A stretch of DNA of 64,000 nucleotides from an uncultured Clostridia bacterium (GCA_947627255.1 CANQVI010000001.1:20899-84898), one strand, 5' to 3'; positions 18,808 to 29,739 are shown, counted from the stretch's first letter. Numbers and translations: made by a program. Notes: a model not told the origin generated them from the letters alone.

Positions 18808-20427
18808 ATGTTAGGAACAAGCGGAGTAACAGTAAGATTTGGAAAAAGAGTTTTATATGAAGATGTAAATGTAAAATTTACACCTGGAAATTGCTACGGA
18901 GTAATAGGTGCAAATGGAGCAGGTAAATCTACTTTTTTAAAAGTTTTAACAGGTGAATTGGAGCCAAGTGAAGGCGAAGTATATATGACAAAAAATGAAA
19001 GACTTGGCGTATTAAAACAGGATCATTATATGTATGATGATGTTAAAGTAATAGATACAGTAATTAGAGGAAATGAAAGACTATATCAAATAATGCAAGA
19101 AAAGGATGCGTTATATGCAAAGCCAGATTTTAGTGATGAAGATGGAATAAAAGCTGGAGAACTTGAAGCAGAATTTGCAGAACTTAATGGATGGATGGCA
19201 GATACTGATGCTGCTCAATTATTAAATGGTCTTGGAATTGAAACAGAGCTTCACGAGTGCTTAATGCGTGAACTTTCAGGTCCACAAAAAGTAAAAGTAT
19301 TATTAGCTCAGGCGTTATTTGGAAATCCAGATGTATTAATACTTGATGAGCCTACTAACCATTTAGACATGGCAGCTATTAGCTGGTTAGAAGAATTTTT
19401 AATTAATTTTGAAAATACTGTAATTGTTGTATCACATGATAGATATTTCTTAAATAAAGTATGTACTCATATATTAGATATTGACTATGGTAAAATAAAT
19501 ATATTTGTTGGAAACTATGATTTCTGGTATGAATCAAGTCAATTAGCGTTAAAGCAAATGAAAGAAGCAAATAAGAAGAAAGAAGAAAAAATAAAAGAAT
19601 TAGAGGACTTTATAAGAAGATTTAGTGCAAATGCTTCAAAATCTAAACAAGCTACATCAAGAAAGAAAACATTAGAAAAAATAGAACTTGATGAAATTAA
19701 ACCTTCAACAAGAAGATATCCTTTTATAGATTTTAAACCTGAAAGAGAAGCTGGAAAAGAAATATTGTCTGTTGAAAATATTTCTAAAACAATAGATGGT
19801 GAACAAGTTTTAAAAAATGTATCATTTAAAGTGCTAAAAGGGGATAAAATTGCTCTTGTTGGATCAAATGGTATAGCAAAAACTACACTATTTAAGATAT
19901 TAATGGGAGAAATAAAACCAGATACAGGTAGTTTTTCATTTGGTCAAACAATAAAACAATCATATGTACCACAAGATAATGAAGAATACTTTAAATCTCA
20001 GAAAAGTATAGTTGAATGGATAGCAGACGATTATGGCATAACAGATGAAACTATAGTTAGAAGTTTTTTAGGTAGAATGTTATTTTCAGGAGATGAAGCT
20101 CTAAAGAAAATTAATGTTTTATCTGGTGGTGAAAAAGCAAGATGCATGCTTGCAAGAGCAATGCTTGAAGCACCTAATTTAGTATTTTTAGATGAGCCTA
20201 CTAATCATTTAGATTTAGAGAGTATTACTGCTTTAAATGAAGGCTTAATACGTACAAATGCTGAGCTAATATTTGTATCTCATGACCATCAATTTGTACA
20301 GACTGTTGCAAATAGAATAATTGAAATTAAAGATGACGGTATAATAGATAAAAGATGTACTTATGATGAGTATTTAGAGCAAAATTTAGACTTAATGAAA
20401 AAGGAAACTAGTTTTTTAGAGGAATAG
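18808..20427 (+). CDS. ABC-F family ATPase (YbiT/YkpA-like, two ABC domains, no TMD)
   Basis: Two Walker A/signature/DEPTNHLD sets. Linker RRFSANASKSKQATSR. Confidence 0.9.
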   Translation: MLGTSGVTVRFGKRVLYEDVNVKFTPGNCYGVIGANGAGKSTFLKVLTGELEPSEGEVYMTKNERLGVLKQDHYMYDDVKVIDTVIRGNERLYQIMQEKDALYAKPDFSDEDGIKAGELEAEFAELNGWMADTDAAQLLNGLGIETELHECLMRELSGPQKVKVLLAQALFGNPDVLILDEPTNHLDMAAISWLEEFLINFENTVIVVSHDRYFLNKVCTHILDIDYGKINIFVGNYDFWYESSQLALKQMKEANKKKEEKIKELEDFIRRFSANASKSKQATSRKKTLEKIELDEIKPSTRRYPFIDFKPEREAGKEILSVENISKTIDGEQVLKNVSFKVLKGDKIALVGSNGIAKTTLFKILMGEIKPDTGSFSFGQTIKQSYVPQDNEEYFKSQKSIVEWIADDYGITDETIVRSFLGRMLFSGDEALKKINVLSGGEKARCMLARAMLEAPNLVFLDEPTNHLDLESITALNEGLIRTNAELIFVSHDHQFVQTVANRIIEIKDDGIIDKRCTYDEYLEQNLDLMKKETSFLEE

Positions 20428-20437
20428 GAGAAAACGT

Positions 20438-21556
20438 ATGATAAAATATCCAGATTATGATAATAGTATTTTATCTGTAATAAGTTCAATATTGAAATAT
20501 TATGGATATGATAATGGACACAAAACATCAGAAATTTTAGATAAATATTTAGAAAATAAGTATGAAAATATTGTACTTATGCTATTTGACGGAATGGGTG
20601 TATCAACATTAAAAAAATATCTAAAAGAAGATGATTTTTTAATAGAGCATATGGTAGATACAATATCATCAGTTTGTCCTTCAACAACAGCATGTGCAAT
20701 ACCAACCGTTGAAAGTGGAATGGCTCCAATAGAACATTCATGGCTTGGTTGGGATATGTATTTTAAAGAATATGATGCAAATATTTGTGTATTTAAAAAT
20801 ACTTATCAAGATAGTAATGAGGAAATTAAAGATTGTAATGTAGCAAGAAAATATATAAACTACTATAATGTATTTGATAGAATAAAAGATATAACTAAAA
20901 AAAGAGTAAAAACACATGATATATCTAAATATTCTGACACTAATGAATTTGCATATTCTTGTGAACAAATGCTTCAAAGAGTTGTTGAAATTTCTAAAGA
21001 CCCAAGTGAAGACTACATATATACTTATGTTGAAGAACCAGATTTAGTTATGCATGCACTTGGAACAGAACATGAATATGTAAGAGAAAATATAAAATAC
21101 ATTAATAGTTTAGTATGTGAAATATGCGAAATATTAAAAGATACACTAGTAATAGTTATTGCAGACCATGGCCTTATAGATACTCAAACTATATATTTAG
21201 AAGATTATCCTAAATTGCAAGATATGCTTGAAAGAAGACCTAGTATTGAATCAAGAGCTCTAAATTTCTATGTAAAAGAAGAATACAAAGAAAAGTTTAA
21301 AGAAGAATTTGAAAATAAATTTAAAGATGACTTTATTTTATTAACAAAAGAAGAAGTATATGATAAAAATTTATTTGGTACAGGTATCAAAAATCCTAAA
21401 ATTGATAATTTTGTTGGAGACTATATAGCTTTTGCTATATCAGACAAAGCAATAGAGTGGGAAAGAGACGGTGTAAAAATGTGTGCTAGACATGCCGGAC
21501 TTACTAAGGAAGAAATGGAAGTACCACTTATTGTAATTGATACAAATAAAATATAA
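20438..21556 (+). CDS. Alkaline-phosphatase-superfamily (type I phosphodiesterase/nucleotide pyrophosphatase-like) protein
   Basis: LMLFDGMG metal-site motif and ADHGLID. Confidence 0.65.
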   Translation: MIKYPDYDNSILSVISSILKYYGYDNGHKTSEILDKYLENKYENIVLMLFDGMGVSTLKKYLKEDDFLIEHMVDTISSVCPSTTACAIPTVESGMAPIEHSWLGWDMYFKEYDANICVFKNTYQDSNEEIKDCNVARKYINYYNVFDRIKDITKKRVKTHDISKYSDTNEFAYSCEQMLQRVVEISKDPSEDYIYTYVEEPDLVMHALGTEHEYVRENIKYINSLVCEICEILKDTLVIVIADHGLIDTQTIYLEDYPKLQDMLERRPSIESRALNFYVKEEYKEKFKEEFENKFKDDFILLTKEEVYDKNLFGTGIKNPKIDNFVGDYIAFAISDKAIEWERDGVKMCARHAGLTKEEMEVPLIVIDTNKI

Positions 21557-21634
21557 AAACTTAAAAAATATATAAAAAATGCTTGATTTTTTATCCTATC
21601 TGTGTTATCATATTAGAGTACTTGAGGTACAGAT

Positions 21635-21711
<77 letters not shown>

Positions 21712-21717
21712 TAAAAG

Positions 21718-21746
21718 ACAAGCATAGTTATATGCTTGTTTTTTTA
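21718..21746 (+). terminator. Terminator after tRNA-Arg
   Basis: acaagcata/tatgcttgt hairpin followed by T7. Confidence 0.55.
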
Positions 21747-21884
21747 TGCACTTTGTTCTTGATTAAAGTTTTTAAATTCATTACTATATTTAATGTTTTT
21801 ATTTAAAATAATTATATTTGTTATTATAAGAGCAATTAAAATAATGTATAAAATTGATATTAAAACTATATTAAATTTTTTCAT
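21745..21884 (-). CDS. Small (46 aa) single-TM hydrophobic peptide
   Basis: GGAGG sits 6 nt upstream. Sequence MKKFNIVLISILYIILIALIITNIIIL... Below the ORF-track length cutoff. Confidence 0.3.
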
Positions 21885-21983
21885 ATTTATCCTCCGTATG
21901 CAATTATTATATCATAATTAATTTTATTTGTGTACTCGAAAGTACACTAATTTTAGCCTTTTTTTTACATATAATAAAAATAG

Positions 21984-22169
21984 GTGATAGCAGTGGAGAA
22001 GTTAAAAATAGTTGACAACAGTAAAAATAAAGATACTATAACAAGAACTATTAGAATGAGTGGCGAAACATACGATAAGATATGTCTTATAGCAGAGCAA
22101 AAGAAAATATCATTTAATAGTGTTGTAAATCAAATAATTGAATACGGGTTAAGAAATTTAGATGAGTAG
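21984..22169 (+). CDS. Small ribbon-helix-helix-like DNA-binding protein
   Basis: TRTIRMSGETYDKI beta-strand/helix pattern. Possible GTG start at 21993 with an AGGTGA RBS. Confidence 0.4.
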   Translation: MIAVEKLKIVDNSKNKDTITRTIRMSGETYDKICLIAEQKKISFNSVVNQIIEYGLRNLDE

Positions 22170-22172
22170 AAA

Positions 22173-22200
22173 AGATAGTCTTTGGTGACTATCTTTTTTC
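22173..22200 (+). terminator. Rho-independent terminator
   Basis: agatagtc/gactatct hairpin followed by T-run. Confidence 0.45.
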
Positions 22201-22235
22201 TTGCTAAATTAAAATAAATAGTATATAATTTCGGT

Positions 22236-24206
22236 ATGTTAGAGGAAATCAAAATGTTAGTAGAAAAGAAAAATATAAAAAAAGTATTAGAATATATTTT
22301 AATTTTTATTTTATTTTTCATTGGAATAAGAAAAGGTGGATATTACAAGCAAGATAGTATACTTGGAGTATGCTTAATTCAAATAGTAGGTGCGATATTC
22401 TTTTTAATAAATATAAAAGATATAAAGAAAAATAGTGTAGTATCATTATTTTTACTGTTATTTTCAATAGCATATTTTATACCAGTATTTTTAGACCCTG
22501 CAAGTGTATCTGGCTCTTTAAATTTTGCTTCTAGAATTTATACTATGTATTTAATTTTTTGTATAGTAATAAATAGTGATAGCAAGGAAAAGTATATTAA
22601 ATCAATTATAGCTATAACAACAATTTTTGGTATTTTAGGTATAGATGAAATTTGTGGTCGTAGCTTTAACAACATTTTAAAATTAATAGGAAGCGGATAC
22701 TTAGAAGATAATTTAGGTCAACTTTCTTCTGTAATTCAGTATGCAAACTTAATGGGAATATTATGCGTAATATCTATAGTATATTTAATAGATAAACTGC
22801 AAACAACTAGCTACAGTAAGCAAAAAAAAGTTATAAATTATATACTTATAGAATTTTTGGAAGTTGTATCATTTTTAACTGAATCTAAAATGGTTATTTT
22901 TATTAATATATTAGCTATATTAATAGTTTGTATAAAAAATAAAAAGTATAAAGATATAATAGAAAATTTTATAGATGTATGTATAGCTTTAGTTATATCA
23001 AGTCTATGCTTAAAATATAATGCTCTTTTAATTTTAATAATATCAATTTTAGTATTTACATTATATAAATTTTTAAGAGAAAAATTTAACGGAAAGAAAT
23101 ATAACTTAATAATAGATATAGCAATAATATTAGCTATAGTAATAGTTTTAATATTTAACTTACAACATATTATGCAAAATGATATTATTACTAGAATTAA
23201 AGATTATTTTGAAAGATTTGAAAGTACAAAATTAAGATTAATATATTATATAGATTCTTTAAGATTAGTTACTCGCTCTTTTAAAGAGGCTATGTTTGGA
23301 ATAGGTGGAAATGGCTTTAGAACTGCATATGAAACTATACAGAATACAAAATATATATCACTTGAAACTCATAGTTTCTTTATGCAAGTCCTTGTGGAGG
23401 CTGGAGTAGTTGGTCTTGTAGCAATAATTCTACCTTTAGTATATATTTTTATTAAAGGAAAAAATAATATATATAAATTAATTCTTGCAATATTAGTATT
23501 TTATAGTGCTTTTGATGTATTTTTGACATATTCATTTATGCTATTTGTTATGGCAATTTTAATGGGAATGTGTGTAGATAATGTAAAGCCTTTAAATAAA
23601 GGAGAATATGGAATTAATATTTTATTATTTACAGCTGTTTTTCTTCTTTCATTATCTCATGTTGTAGCATCATTACTTCAACCTATTGAAGTAGATAACT
23701 TGAATAATACTTTAGAAGAACAGGAAAAAATAATTCAAAATTGTGAATTATCATTAAAATTTGATCCGTATGATATAGATTATCTAAATAATTGTGTAGT
23801 TGCCTACAGAAATTATTTAGATATAATGGATATCAAAAAAGAACTTTATGGCGAAGATGATGAATTAAAAAGAAAAAAATTAGTAAATAGAATTAACAAA
23901 TGTATTAATGCGGAGTTAGCATATGAAGATAACAACAAATATGTATTAAATTATGCTGTATTTTATACATTAAAATATTTGGATATGTTAGTAAATAATA
24001 ACTTTAGTAATACAGAAGAAGGGTATGTATATTATTTAGAATTTATACAAGAAAAATTAAATGCTCTAAAGAATACTCATACACAAAATGACTTAGCACA
24101 AGAAATGTATAACGAACTTTTAGCAAGTACTATACACAAATATGCAGAAATTAATTTTACTTTAAATAGTGATAAAATAAAAGAAATGTTATATGTTTTA
24201 GAATAA
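22236..24206 (+). CDS. O-antigen ligase (Wzy_C) family membrane protein with a C-terminal soluble domain
   Basis: HSFFMQVLVEAGVVGLVA Wzy_C-type motif. About 12 TM helices then a 190-aa helical tail. Start probably 22254 (GAGGAAAT RBS). Confidence 0.65.
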   Translation: MLEEIKMLVEKKNIKKVLEYILIFILFFIGIRKGGYYKQDSILGVCLIQIVGAIFFLINIKDIKKNSVVSLFLLLFSIAYFIPVFLDPASVSGSLNFASRIYTMYLIFCIVINSDSKEKYIKSIIAITTIFGILGIDEICGRSFNNILKLIGSGYLEDNLGQLSSVIQYANLMGILCVISIVYLIDKLQTTSYSKQKKVINYILIEFLEVVSFLTESKMVIFINILAILIVCIKNKKYKDIIENFIDVCIALVISSLCLKYNALLILIISILVFTLYKFLREKFNGKKYNLIIDIAIILAIVIVLIFNLQHIMQNDIITRIKDYFERFESTKLRLIYYIDSLRLVTRSFKEAMFGIGGNGFRTAYETIQNTKYISLETHSFFMQVLVEAGVVGLVAIILPLVYIFIKGKNNIYKLILAILVFYSAFDVFLTYSFMLFVMAILMGMCVDNVKPLNKGEYGINILLFTAVFLLSLSHVVASLLQPIEVDNLNNTLEEQEKIIQNCELSLKFDPYDIDYLNNCVVAYRNYLDIMDIKKELYGEDDELKRKKLVNRINKCINAELAYEDNNKYVLNYAVFYTLKYLDMLVNNNFSNTEEGYVYYLEFIQEKLNALKNTHTQNDLAQEMYNELLASTIHKYAEINFTLNSDKIKEMLYVLE

Positions 24207-24287
24207 AAAAATATATACTTGTTTTTTAATATATTTTATGTTATAATAAATGCGTAAAAAAACATAGTTTAATAGGAGGAATACAAT

Positions 24288-24524
24288 ATGGGTTGGATAG
24301 ATTGGACTTTAGCAATAGTTACAGTAATAGTTGGAATAGTACTTACAATAGTTGTAATGCTACAATCAAGCAAAGATCAACAATCAGCTGTAACAGGAAG
24401 TAATACTTTTTATGGAGCAAACAAATCAAAAACATTAGATGGTATATTATCAAAATATACTGTTGTTTTAGCTATAATTTTTTGTATTTTATGCTTTGCT
24501 ACAACATTTTCAATAATTAAATAA
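24288..24524 (+). CDS. secG: Preprotein translocase subunit SecG
   Basis: 78 aa with two TM helices. secG-rnr synteny. Confidence 0.85.
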   Translation: MGWIDWTLAIVTVIVGIVLTIVVMLQSSKDQQSAVTGSNTFYGANKSKTLDGILSKYTVVLAIIFCILCFATTFSIIK

Positions 24525-24538
24525 TGTAAAGGAAAGAT

Positions 24539-26698
24539 ATGAATAATAAAAAAACAGTTAATAAAATTAATCAAAAAGATAAATACACTGAAAGAAAGGA
24601 AGTATTAACTTCCTTTTTTTTAGATAATAAATACGAATTACTTACAAAAAAACAAATAATAGCTTTATTTTCAATTCCAAAAGGAGATTTAGCATTACTA
24701 GATAAAATATTGTCTGAGCTTGAAAATGAAGGTGTTATTTATATAGACGATAGCAAAAGATATGTACCATATAGTAAGACTAATTTAGTAAGATGTAAAT
24801 ATCAAGCAAAAAGTGCTGGATTTGGTTTTGGTATTGTTGAAAGTGGAGAAGATGTATATATATCTTCCAAAAATTTAAATGGGGCTATGAATGAAGATGA
24901 AATATTAGTTGAAGTTATTGAGTCTTCAGGAAGAAGTAGAGAAGGTAAAGTAGTCAAAATATTAAAAAGAAATTGTAAACAGGTTATAGGAAGATTTAGT
25001 AAATCTAGAAACTTTGGATTTGTAATACCAATTGACGATAGCATACAAGATATTTATATAAGTAAGAAAAATAGTACAAATATAAAAGATGGACAAGTAG
25101 TACAAGTCGATATAGAAAAATATCCTACTAAAGATAGTAAAGCAGAAGGAAAGATAACAAGAATAATAGGAAACTCATCTGATTCTCATATAGATGCAAA
25201 ATCTTTATACATATCTTATGGTCTTGATTTAATGGAAAATTTTAATGATGAGGTAAATGAAGAATTATTAAAAATTCCAGATAAAGTTTTAAAAAGTGAG
25301 AAAAAAGATAGAAAAGACAGAACTGCTGACAGAGTATATACTATAGATGCAGAAGATGCTAAAGATTTAGATGATGCTGTATCAGTAAAAATGACAAAAG
25401 ATGGGAATTATCTGCTATCAGTATATATAGCAGATGTAAGTCATTATGTTAAAGAAAAATCAGCATTAGATAAAGAGGCCATAGCACGTGGAACAAGTAT
25501 TTATATTCCAGGAAAAGTAATACCTATGTTGCCTAAAAAACTTTCTAATGGAATATGTAGTTTAAATGCAGGAGAGGAAAGACTTTCTTTAGCTGTAGAT
25601 ATGTTAATATCTAAAGAAGGTGAAGTATTAAATTCTGATGTATTTAAAGCTGTAATAAAAGTAGAAAAGAAAATGAGTTATGACAAGGTATATAAAGTTA
25701 TAACAAATCAAGAAGATGAACAGTTGAAAATAGAATATGGTAAGTATAAAGAAGATTTACTTTTAATGGAAAAATTGGCTAGAATATTAAATGATAAAAG
25801 AGTTAAAGAGGGATGTATTAACTTTGAAATACCAGAAACACATGTAATATTAAACGAATCAGAAGATGTTGAAACAATAGAGCCTTACCCTATAACATTT
25901 GCAAATCAAATAATAGAAGAATTTATGCTTGTAACAAATATGGTTATAGCTGAAAAATACTACTTTTTAGAATTACCATTTATATATCGTATACATGAAA
26001 AACCAGATGAAGAAAAATTAAGAGATTTAAATTTAATATTATCTAATTATAAATTGAAAATAAAAGGAATAAAAGATGTTCATCCTAAAGCATTATCAGA
26101 TGTATTAAGTAAGGTGGAATCTGAGGATGATAGAGATATAATATCTACATATATGTTAAGATCTTTAAAATTAGCAAAATATAGTAATGAATGTTTAGGT
26201 CATTTTGGACTTAATGCAAAATACTATTGTCATTTTACATCTCCTATTAGAAGATATCCAGATTTATTTATACATAGAATGATTAGCAAATCAATAGAGA
26301 AAAACTTAATGTTTAAAGAAAATGAACTTTTAAAATATGAAAAACAAGCAGAAAAATATGCTAAAAGCTCATCTGAATTAGAAAAAAATTCTACCAAGAT
26401 TGAAAGAGATTTCGTAAGTCTATATTCTGCAATTTATATGAGTAAGTTTATTGGAAACGAATTTGAAGCTAGAGTTTCATCAATAACATCTTTTGGAATT
26501 TTTGTACGACTAGAAAATACAGTTGAAGGTTTTGTATCATTTAATGATATTCCAGGTGATTATTTTATTTTTGATGAAAAAAATAGGATATTAATAGGAA
26601 AAAATACTTCAAAAAAATATAAAATAGGTGATAAAGTAAAAGTTAAACTTATAAAATCTGATATTTTAACTAAACAAATAGACTTTGAAGTGATATAA
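24539..26698 (+). CDS. rnr: Ribonuclease R (RNB family 3'-5' exoribonuclease with C-terminal S1 domain)
   Basis: RNB catalytic region (DAEDAKDLDDAV) and a C-terminal S1 domain. Confidence 0.9.
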   Translation: MNNKKTVNKINQKDKYTERKEVLTSFFLDNKYELLTKKQIIALFSIPKGDLALLDKILSELENEGVIYIDDSKRYVPYSKTNLVRCKYQAKSAGFGFGIVESGEDVYISSKNLNGAMNEDEILVEVIESSGRSREGKVVKILKRNCKQVIGRFSKSRNFGFVIPIDDSIQDIYISKKNSTNIKDGQVVQVDIEKYPTKDSKAEGKITRIIGNSSDSHIDAKSLYISYGLDLMENFNDEVNEELLKIPDKVLKSEKKDRKDRTADRVYTIDAEDAKDLDDAVSVKMTKDGNYLLSVYIADVSHYVKEKSALDKEAIARGTSIYIPGKVIPMLPKKLSNGICSLNAGEERLSLAVDMLISKEGEVLNSDVFKAVIKVEKKMSYDKVYKVITNQEDEQLKIEYGKYKEDLLLMEKLARILNDKRVKEGCINFEIPETHVILNESEDVETIEPYPITFANQIIEEFMLVTNMVIAEKYYFLELPFIYRIHEKPDEEKLRDLNLILSNYKLKIKGIKDVHPKALSDVLSKVESEDDRDIISTYMLRSLKLAKYSNECLGHFGLNAKYYCHFTSPIRRYPDLFIHRMISKSIEKNLMFKENELLKYEKQAEKYAKSSSELEKNSTKIERDFVSLYSAIYMSKFIGNEFEARVSSITSFGIFVRLENTVEGFVSFNDIPGDYFIFDEKNRILIGKNTSKKYKIGDKVKVKLIKSDILTKQIDFEVI

Positions 26699-26717
26699 TT
26701 TATTGTGAGGTGTTGAT

Positions 26718-27425
26718 ATGGAAAACAATGTAAAAAAACTAGATAAAAATAATACAAAGAAAATTAATATTAATATGAATAATAAAGATTTAATTACAAG
26801 GGTAAAACAATTTTATAATGAAAAAATAAAAAAAGCTCATATTATATTATTTATAATTTCAGTTTTAATATTTACTGTTGCATTTGCAAGTAATATGTAT
26901 GCATTAAAAAATGGAGGTATTAACATTTCACAAAATGCCACACCTTCTTCATTTGCAAGTGATGTTAAAAATAATTTCCTACTTTCTTTAATAATTATAA
27001 TTGCAGGAATTACGCCATATGTACCAATATCTTTTTTAGGTATAGCAGAATCAGCTATATTAGTAGGAGACATGACAATAAGAAGCTATTATGGTATTAG
27101 TTTTTTAGTAACATTATATTTAGGTGGCTTTATTCAATTAATAGGAGTATCACTATGTGTTGCTGTAGGTGCATATTATTGTAAATTATCTACTAAGAAA
27201 AATAAATATTATCATCATTCAGATTTTGGAATGGACGATATAAAAATGCAACTTTATGAAATAAGAAAAGATAATAAAAAATTAGAAGAAATAACTAAAA
27301 AGAAAGAGGAAAAAGCAAAACAAATAGAATCATATAATATAAAAATACCATATTTAAATATGATTGTACTTGGAGTAGTTGCGTTTATTATAGAATTTAT
27401 AGGAGTTGTAATTACTAAAATTTAA
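26718..27425 (+). CDS. Membrane protein with four TM helices (possibly DUF95/SpoIIM-like)
   Basis: Hydrophobicity profile. GAGGTG RBS. Confidence 0.5.
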   Translation: MENNVKKLDKNNTKKININMNNKDLITRVKQFYNEKIKKAHIILFIISVLIFTVAFASNMYALKNGGINISQNATPSSFASDVKNNFLLSLIIIIAGITPYVPISFLGIAESAILVGDMTIRSYYGISFLVTLYLGGFIQLIGVSLCVAVGAYYCKLSTKKNKYYHHSDFGMDDIKMQLYEIRKDNKKLEEITKKKEEKAKQIESYNIKIPYLNMIVLGVVAFIIEFIGVVITKI

Positions 27426-27434
27426 GGAGGCAAA

Positions 27435-28073
27435 ATGAGAACCAGATTTAATGCTAAAGCAATAGAACAACTAAATGAATTTGATAGATATATAAAAGAA
27501 ACAGAAAAAATACAAGAAATAATAAGCAAAAATAAAGATAAAAAAATATATTTAGAAATAGGCATGGGAAAAGGTGATTTTATAACACAATTATCTATGT
27601 TAGATAAAGATAATATATATATAGGTGTTGAATTATCGCCTCCTGTACTAGCTTTAGCTATGAAGAAATTAGTTAGATTTGAAGAAGAAAATAATATTAG
27701 ACTAGATAATTTATACTTTATGTCTTTTGATGCTATAAATATAGCTAGTATATTTAAAGAGGGACAAATAGAAAAAATATACTTAAATTTTAGTGATCCT
27801 TGGCCAAAGAAAAAACATGCTAAAAGAAGACTTACAAATGAAAAATTTTTAGCAGAATATAAAAAAGTATTAAGAGAAAATGGTCAAATAGAATTTAAAA
27901 CAGATAATAGAGAATTATTTGAATATAGTTTAGTAAGTATGCAAAATTATGGTTTAAAATTTATAGAAGTATATTTAGATTTGCACAAAACAGATGTATT
28001 TAATATTCAAACTGAGTATGAAAAGAAATTTTCTCCATTTGGACCAATTTATAAAATTATTGTGGAATACTAG
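27435..28073 (+). CDS. trmB: tRNA (guanine46-N7)-methyltransferase
   Basis: YLEIGMGKGDF SAM-binding motif and NFSDPWPKKKHAKRRL. Confidence 0.9.
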   Translation: MRTRFNAKAIEQLNEFDRYIKETEKIQEIISKNKDKKIYLEIGMGKGDFITQLSMLDKDNIYIGVELSPPVLALAMKKLVRFEEENNIRLDNLYFMSFDAINIASIFKEGQIEKIYLNFSDPWPKKKHAKRRLTNEKFLAEYKKVLRENGQIEFKTDNRELFEYSLVSMQNYGLKFIEVYLDLHKTDVFNIQTEYEKKFSPFGPIYKIIVEY

Positions 28074-28103
28074 GTATTTTTAAACAAAATTTAGCACAAA
28101 ATA

Positions 28104-28132
28104 TTGACAAATAAGGGAAATAATATTATAAT
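28104..28132 (+). promoter_or_regulatory. Consensus sigma-A promoter (TTGACA-N17-TATAAT) for the tRNA-His/tRNA-Gln operon
   Basis: Perfect -35 and -10 hexamers with a 17-nt spacer. Confidence 0.55.
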
Positions 28133-28151
28133 GAAAAAGTAGCTGTTAAAT

Positions 28152-28228
28152 GGTGGATATAGTTCAGTTGGTAGAGCGCCAGTTTGTGGCACTGGATGTC
28201 GTGGGTTCAAGTCCCACTATTCACCCCA
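28152..28228 (+). tRNA. tRNA-His (anticodon GTG) with G-1 and encoded CCA
   Basis: Manual fold. Extra 5' G pairs with discriminator C. Anticodon loop TTGTGGC. Confidence 0.9.
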
Positions 28229-28242
28229 GTACTTTTTAACAT

Positions 28243-28317
28243 TGGGCTGTCGCCAAGCGGTAAGGCACTAGACTTTGACTCTAGCATGCGCTGGTTCGAA
28301 TCCAGCCAGCCCAGCCA
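28243..28317 (+). tRNA. tRNA-Gln (anticodon TTG), CCA encoded
   Basis: Manual fold. Acceptor TGGGCTG/CAGCCCA. Anticodon loop CTTTGAC. Confidence 0.9.
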
Positions 28318-28323
28318 GATTTT

Positions 28324-28371
28324 AAATCTCTGTAATGCTTGAAATAACAGCATTGCAGAGATTATTTTTTG
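28324..28371. terminator. Long bidirectional hairpin terminator between the tRNA operon and the prophage integrase
   Basis: 15-bp stem aatctctgtaatgct/agcattgcagagatt followed by T8. Confidence 0.55.
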
Positions 28372-28387
28372 TTATTTTAATGCAATT

Positions 28388-29566
28388 TTAATGCAACTGG
28401 CTCATATATTCTAAATATTTATCAATTTCATTTTGTTTAAACTTATTGAATACAGAAGTGTAAGTATTTAAAGTTGTATCTATGTCAGCATGGCCTAATA
28501 ATTTTGATAACACAACAGCTGTCATTCCTGATTCTATACATCTAGTTGCATAAGTATGGCGCAACATGTGAGTATTTACATTGCTTGATTTTAATTTGAC
28601 TTTTTTATTATTTTTATCTATAAAAGTAGTTATGGTTCTTATACCAGCATTTTTACATATTCGTTTAAAGTGGGCATTTATTGTGGAAGGTAATATAATT
28701 TTACCATTTTCACTAAAAAGTAAAAAATTGGGACCATTATAGCGATTTACAACTATGTTTTTTATTAGAAATGTAATAGGGATATCTCGAGTTCCTGAAT
28801 ATGTTTTTGTGGCTTGTCCTATTATAATTTTATCATTTGAATCTTTGGTCAATGTTTTTTTTATGTGGATAATATTATTATCTAAATCTATATTTAATTT
28901 ATCTAGTGCGAGAATTTCACCTATTCTAGCTCCTGTATATAAAGCAAATTTTATAATATCTGAATATGTATCATAATTTAAATCTAATTCTGTAACAAGC
29001 AATTTTTGCTCATCACATGTTAATGCATCAATTTTTTTTGTTTGCTTCGAACTCTTAGGAGTCAAAATAAGACCTTTTACAGTAAAGGGATTATAATTTA
29101 TAATATTAAGTAAAAAAGCTTTGTTAAATCCAATTTGAATTAACTGAGACACCTTAGAAATAACAGAATTAGAATAATTAGTAATATTAGATAAACTATT
29201 GTTAATTTCCAATGGGGTTATTTTTTGAATTTTTTCATTTCCTATAGGTAGAGAACTAATTATTTTAATATAGTATTTTTTTCTATTGTAAGTTGCAGGA
29301 GAAATAATATTATTATTTAATTGTTCATCAACTATAAGATTAAGTATATCATTTAAAGTTAAAGTTGATTTATCTATAACTTTATTATTTCTATAATCAT
29401 TTGTTAGGTTTAGTATTTTTTCGCTTACTTCTTTTCTTGTTTTTCCATACACAGATTTTCTTTTAGGAGAACCATCATTTTTATAGCCTAAGGATACTTG
29501 ACCTACCCATCTTTTAAGTTTTTCACTATAATAAATTGAACCTTCTCCATTTCCTCTTTTTGACAT
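28388..29566 (-). CDS. int: Phage tyrosine integrase
   Basis: N-terminal KRGNGEGSIY arm-binding-type segment. C-terminal H-x-x-R...HMLRHTYAT...Y catalytic motifs. AAAGGAGC RBS at MSKRG. Confidence 0.9.
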   Translation of the reverse strand: MSKRGNGEGSIYYSEKLKRWVGQVSLGYKNDGSPKRKSVYGKTRKEVSEKILNLTNDYRNNKVIDKSTLTLNDILNLIVDEQLNNNIISPATYNRKKYYIKIISSLPIGNEKIQKITPLEINNSLSNITNYSNSVISKVSQLIQIGFNKAFLLNIINYNPFTVKGLILTPKSSKQTKKIDALTCDEQKLLVTELDLNYDTYSDIIKFALYTGARIGEILALDKLNIDLDNNIIHIKKTLTKDSNDKIIIGQATKTYSGTRDIPITFLIKNIVVNRYNGPNFLLFSENGKIILPSTINAHFKRICKNAGIRTITTFIDKNNKKVKLKSSNVNTHMLRHTYATRCIESGMTAVVLSKLLGHADIDTTLNTYTSVFNKFKQNEIDKYLEYMSQLH

Positions 29567-29739
29567 AAAAAAGCTCCTTTCTAAACAAATGTTTCTTGAA
29601 AAGAGCAAAATTATACATTATAATATAAATATAGCACTTTTCAAGTGTTATTGGTGTAACAAATAATGTACTAATCTTGGCGGAGGAGTACATTATTTAT
29701 TTCAATTTTTTGAATAATTTATTACATTATTGTTATAAC

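Noticed and set aside
18808-20427. ABC-F protein as an antibiotic-resistance (ARE) ribosome-protection factor
   Set aside because: The sequence aligns along its whole length with housekeeping YbiT/YkpA-type ABC-F, with the same length and linker motifs. There is no extended ARE-type linker.
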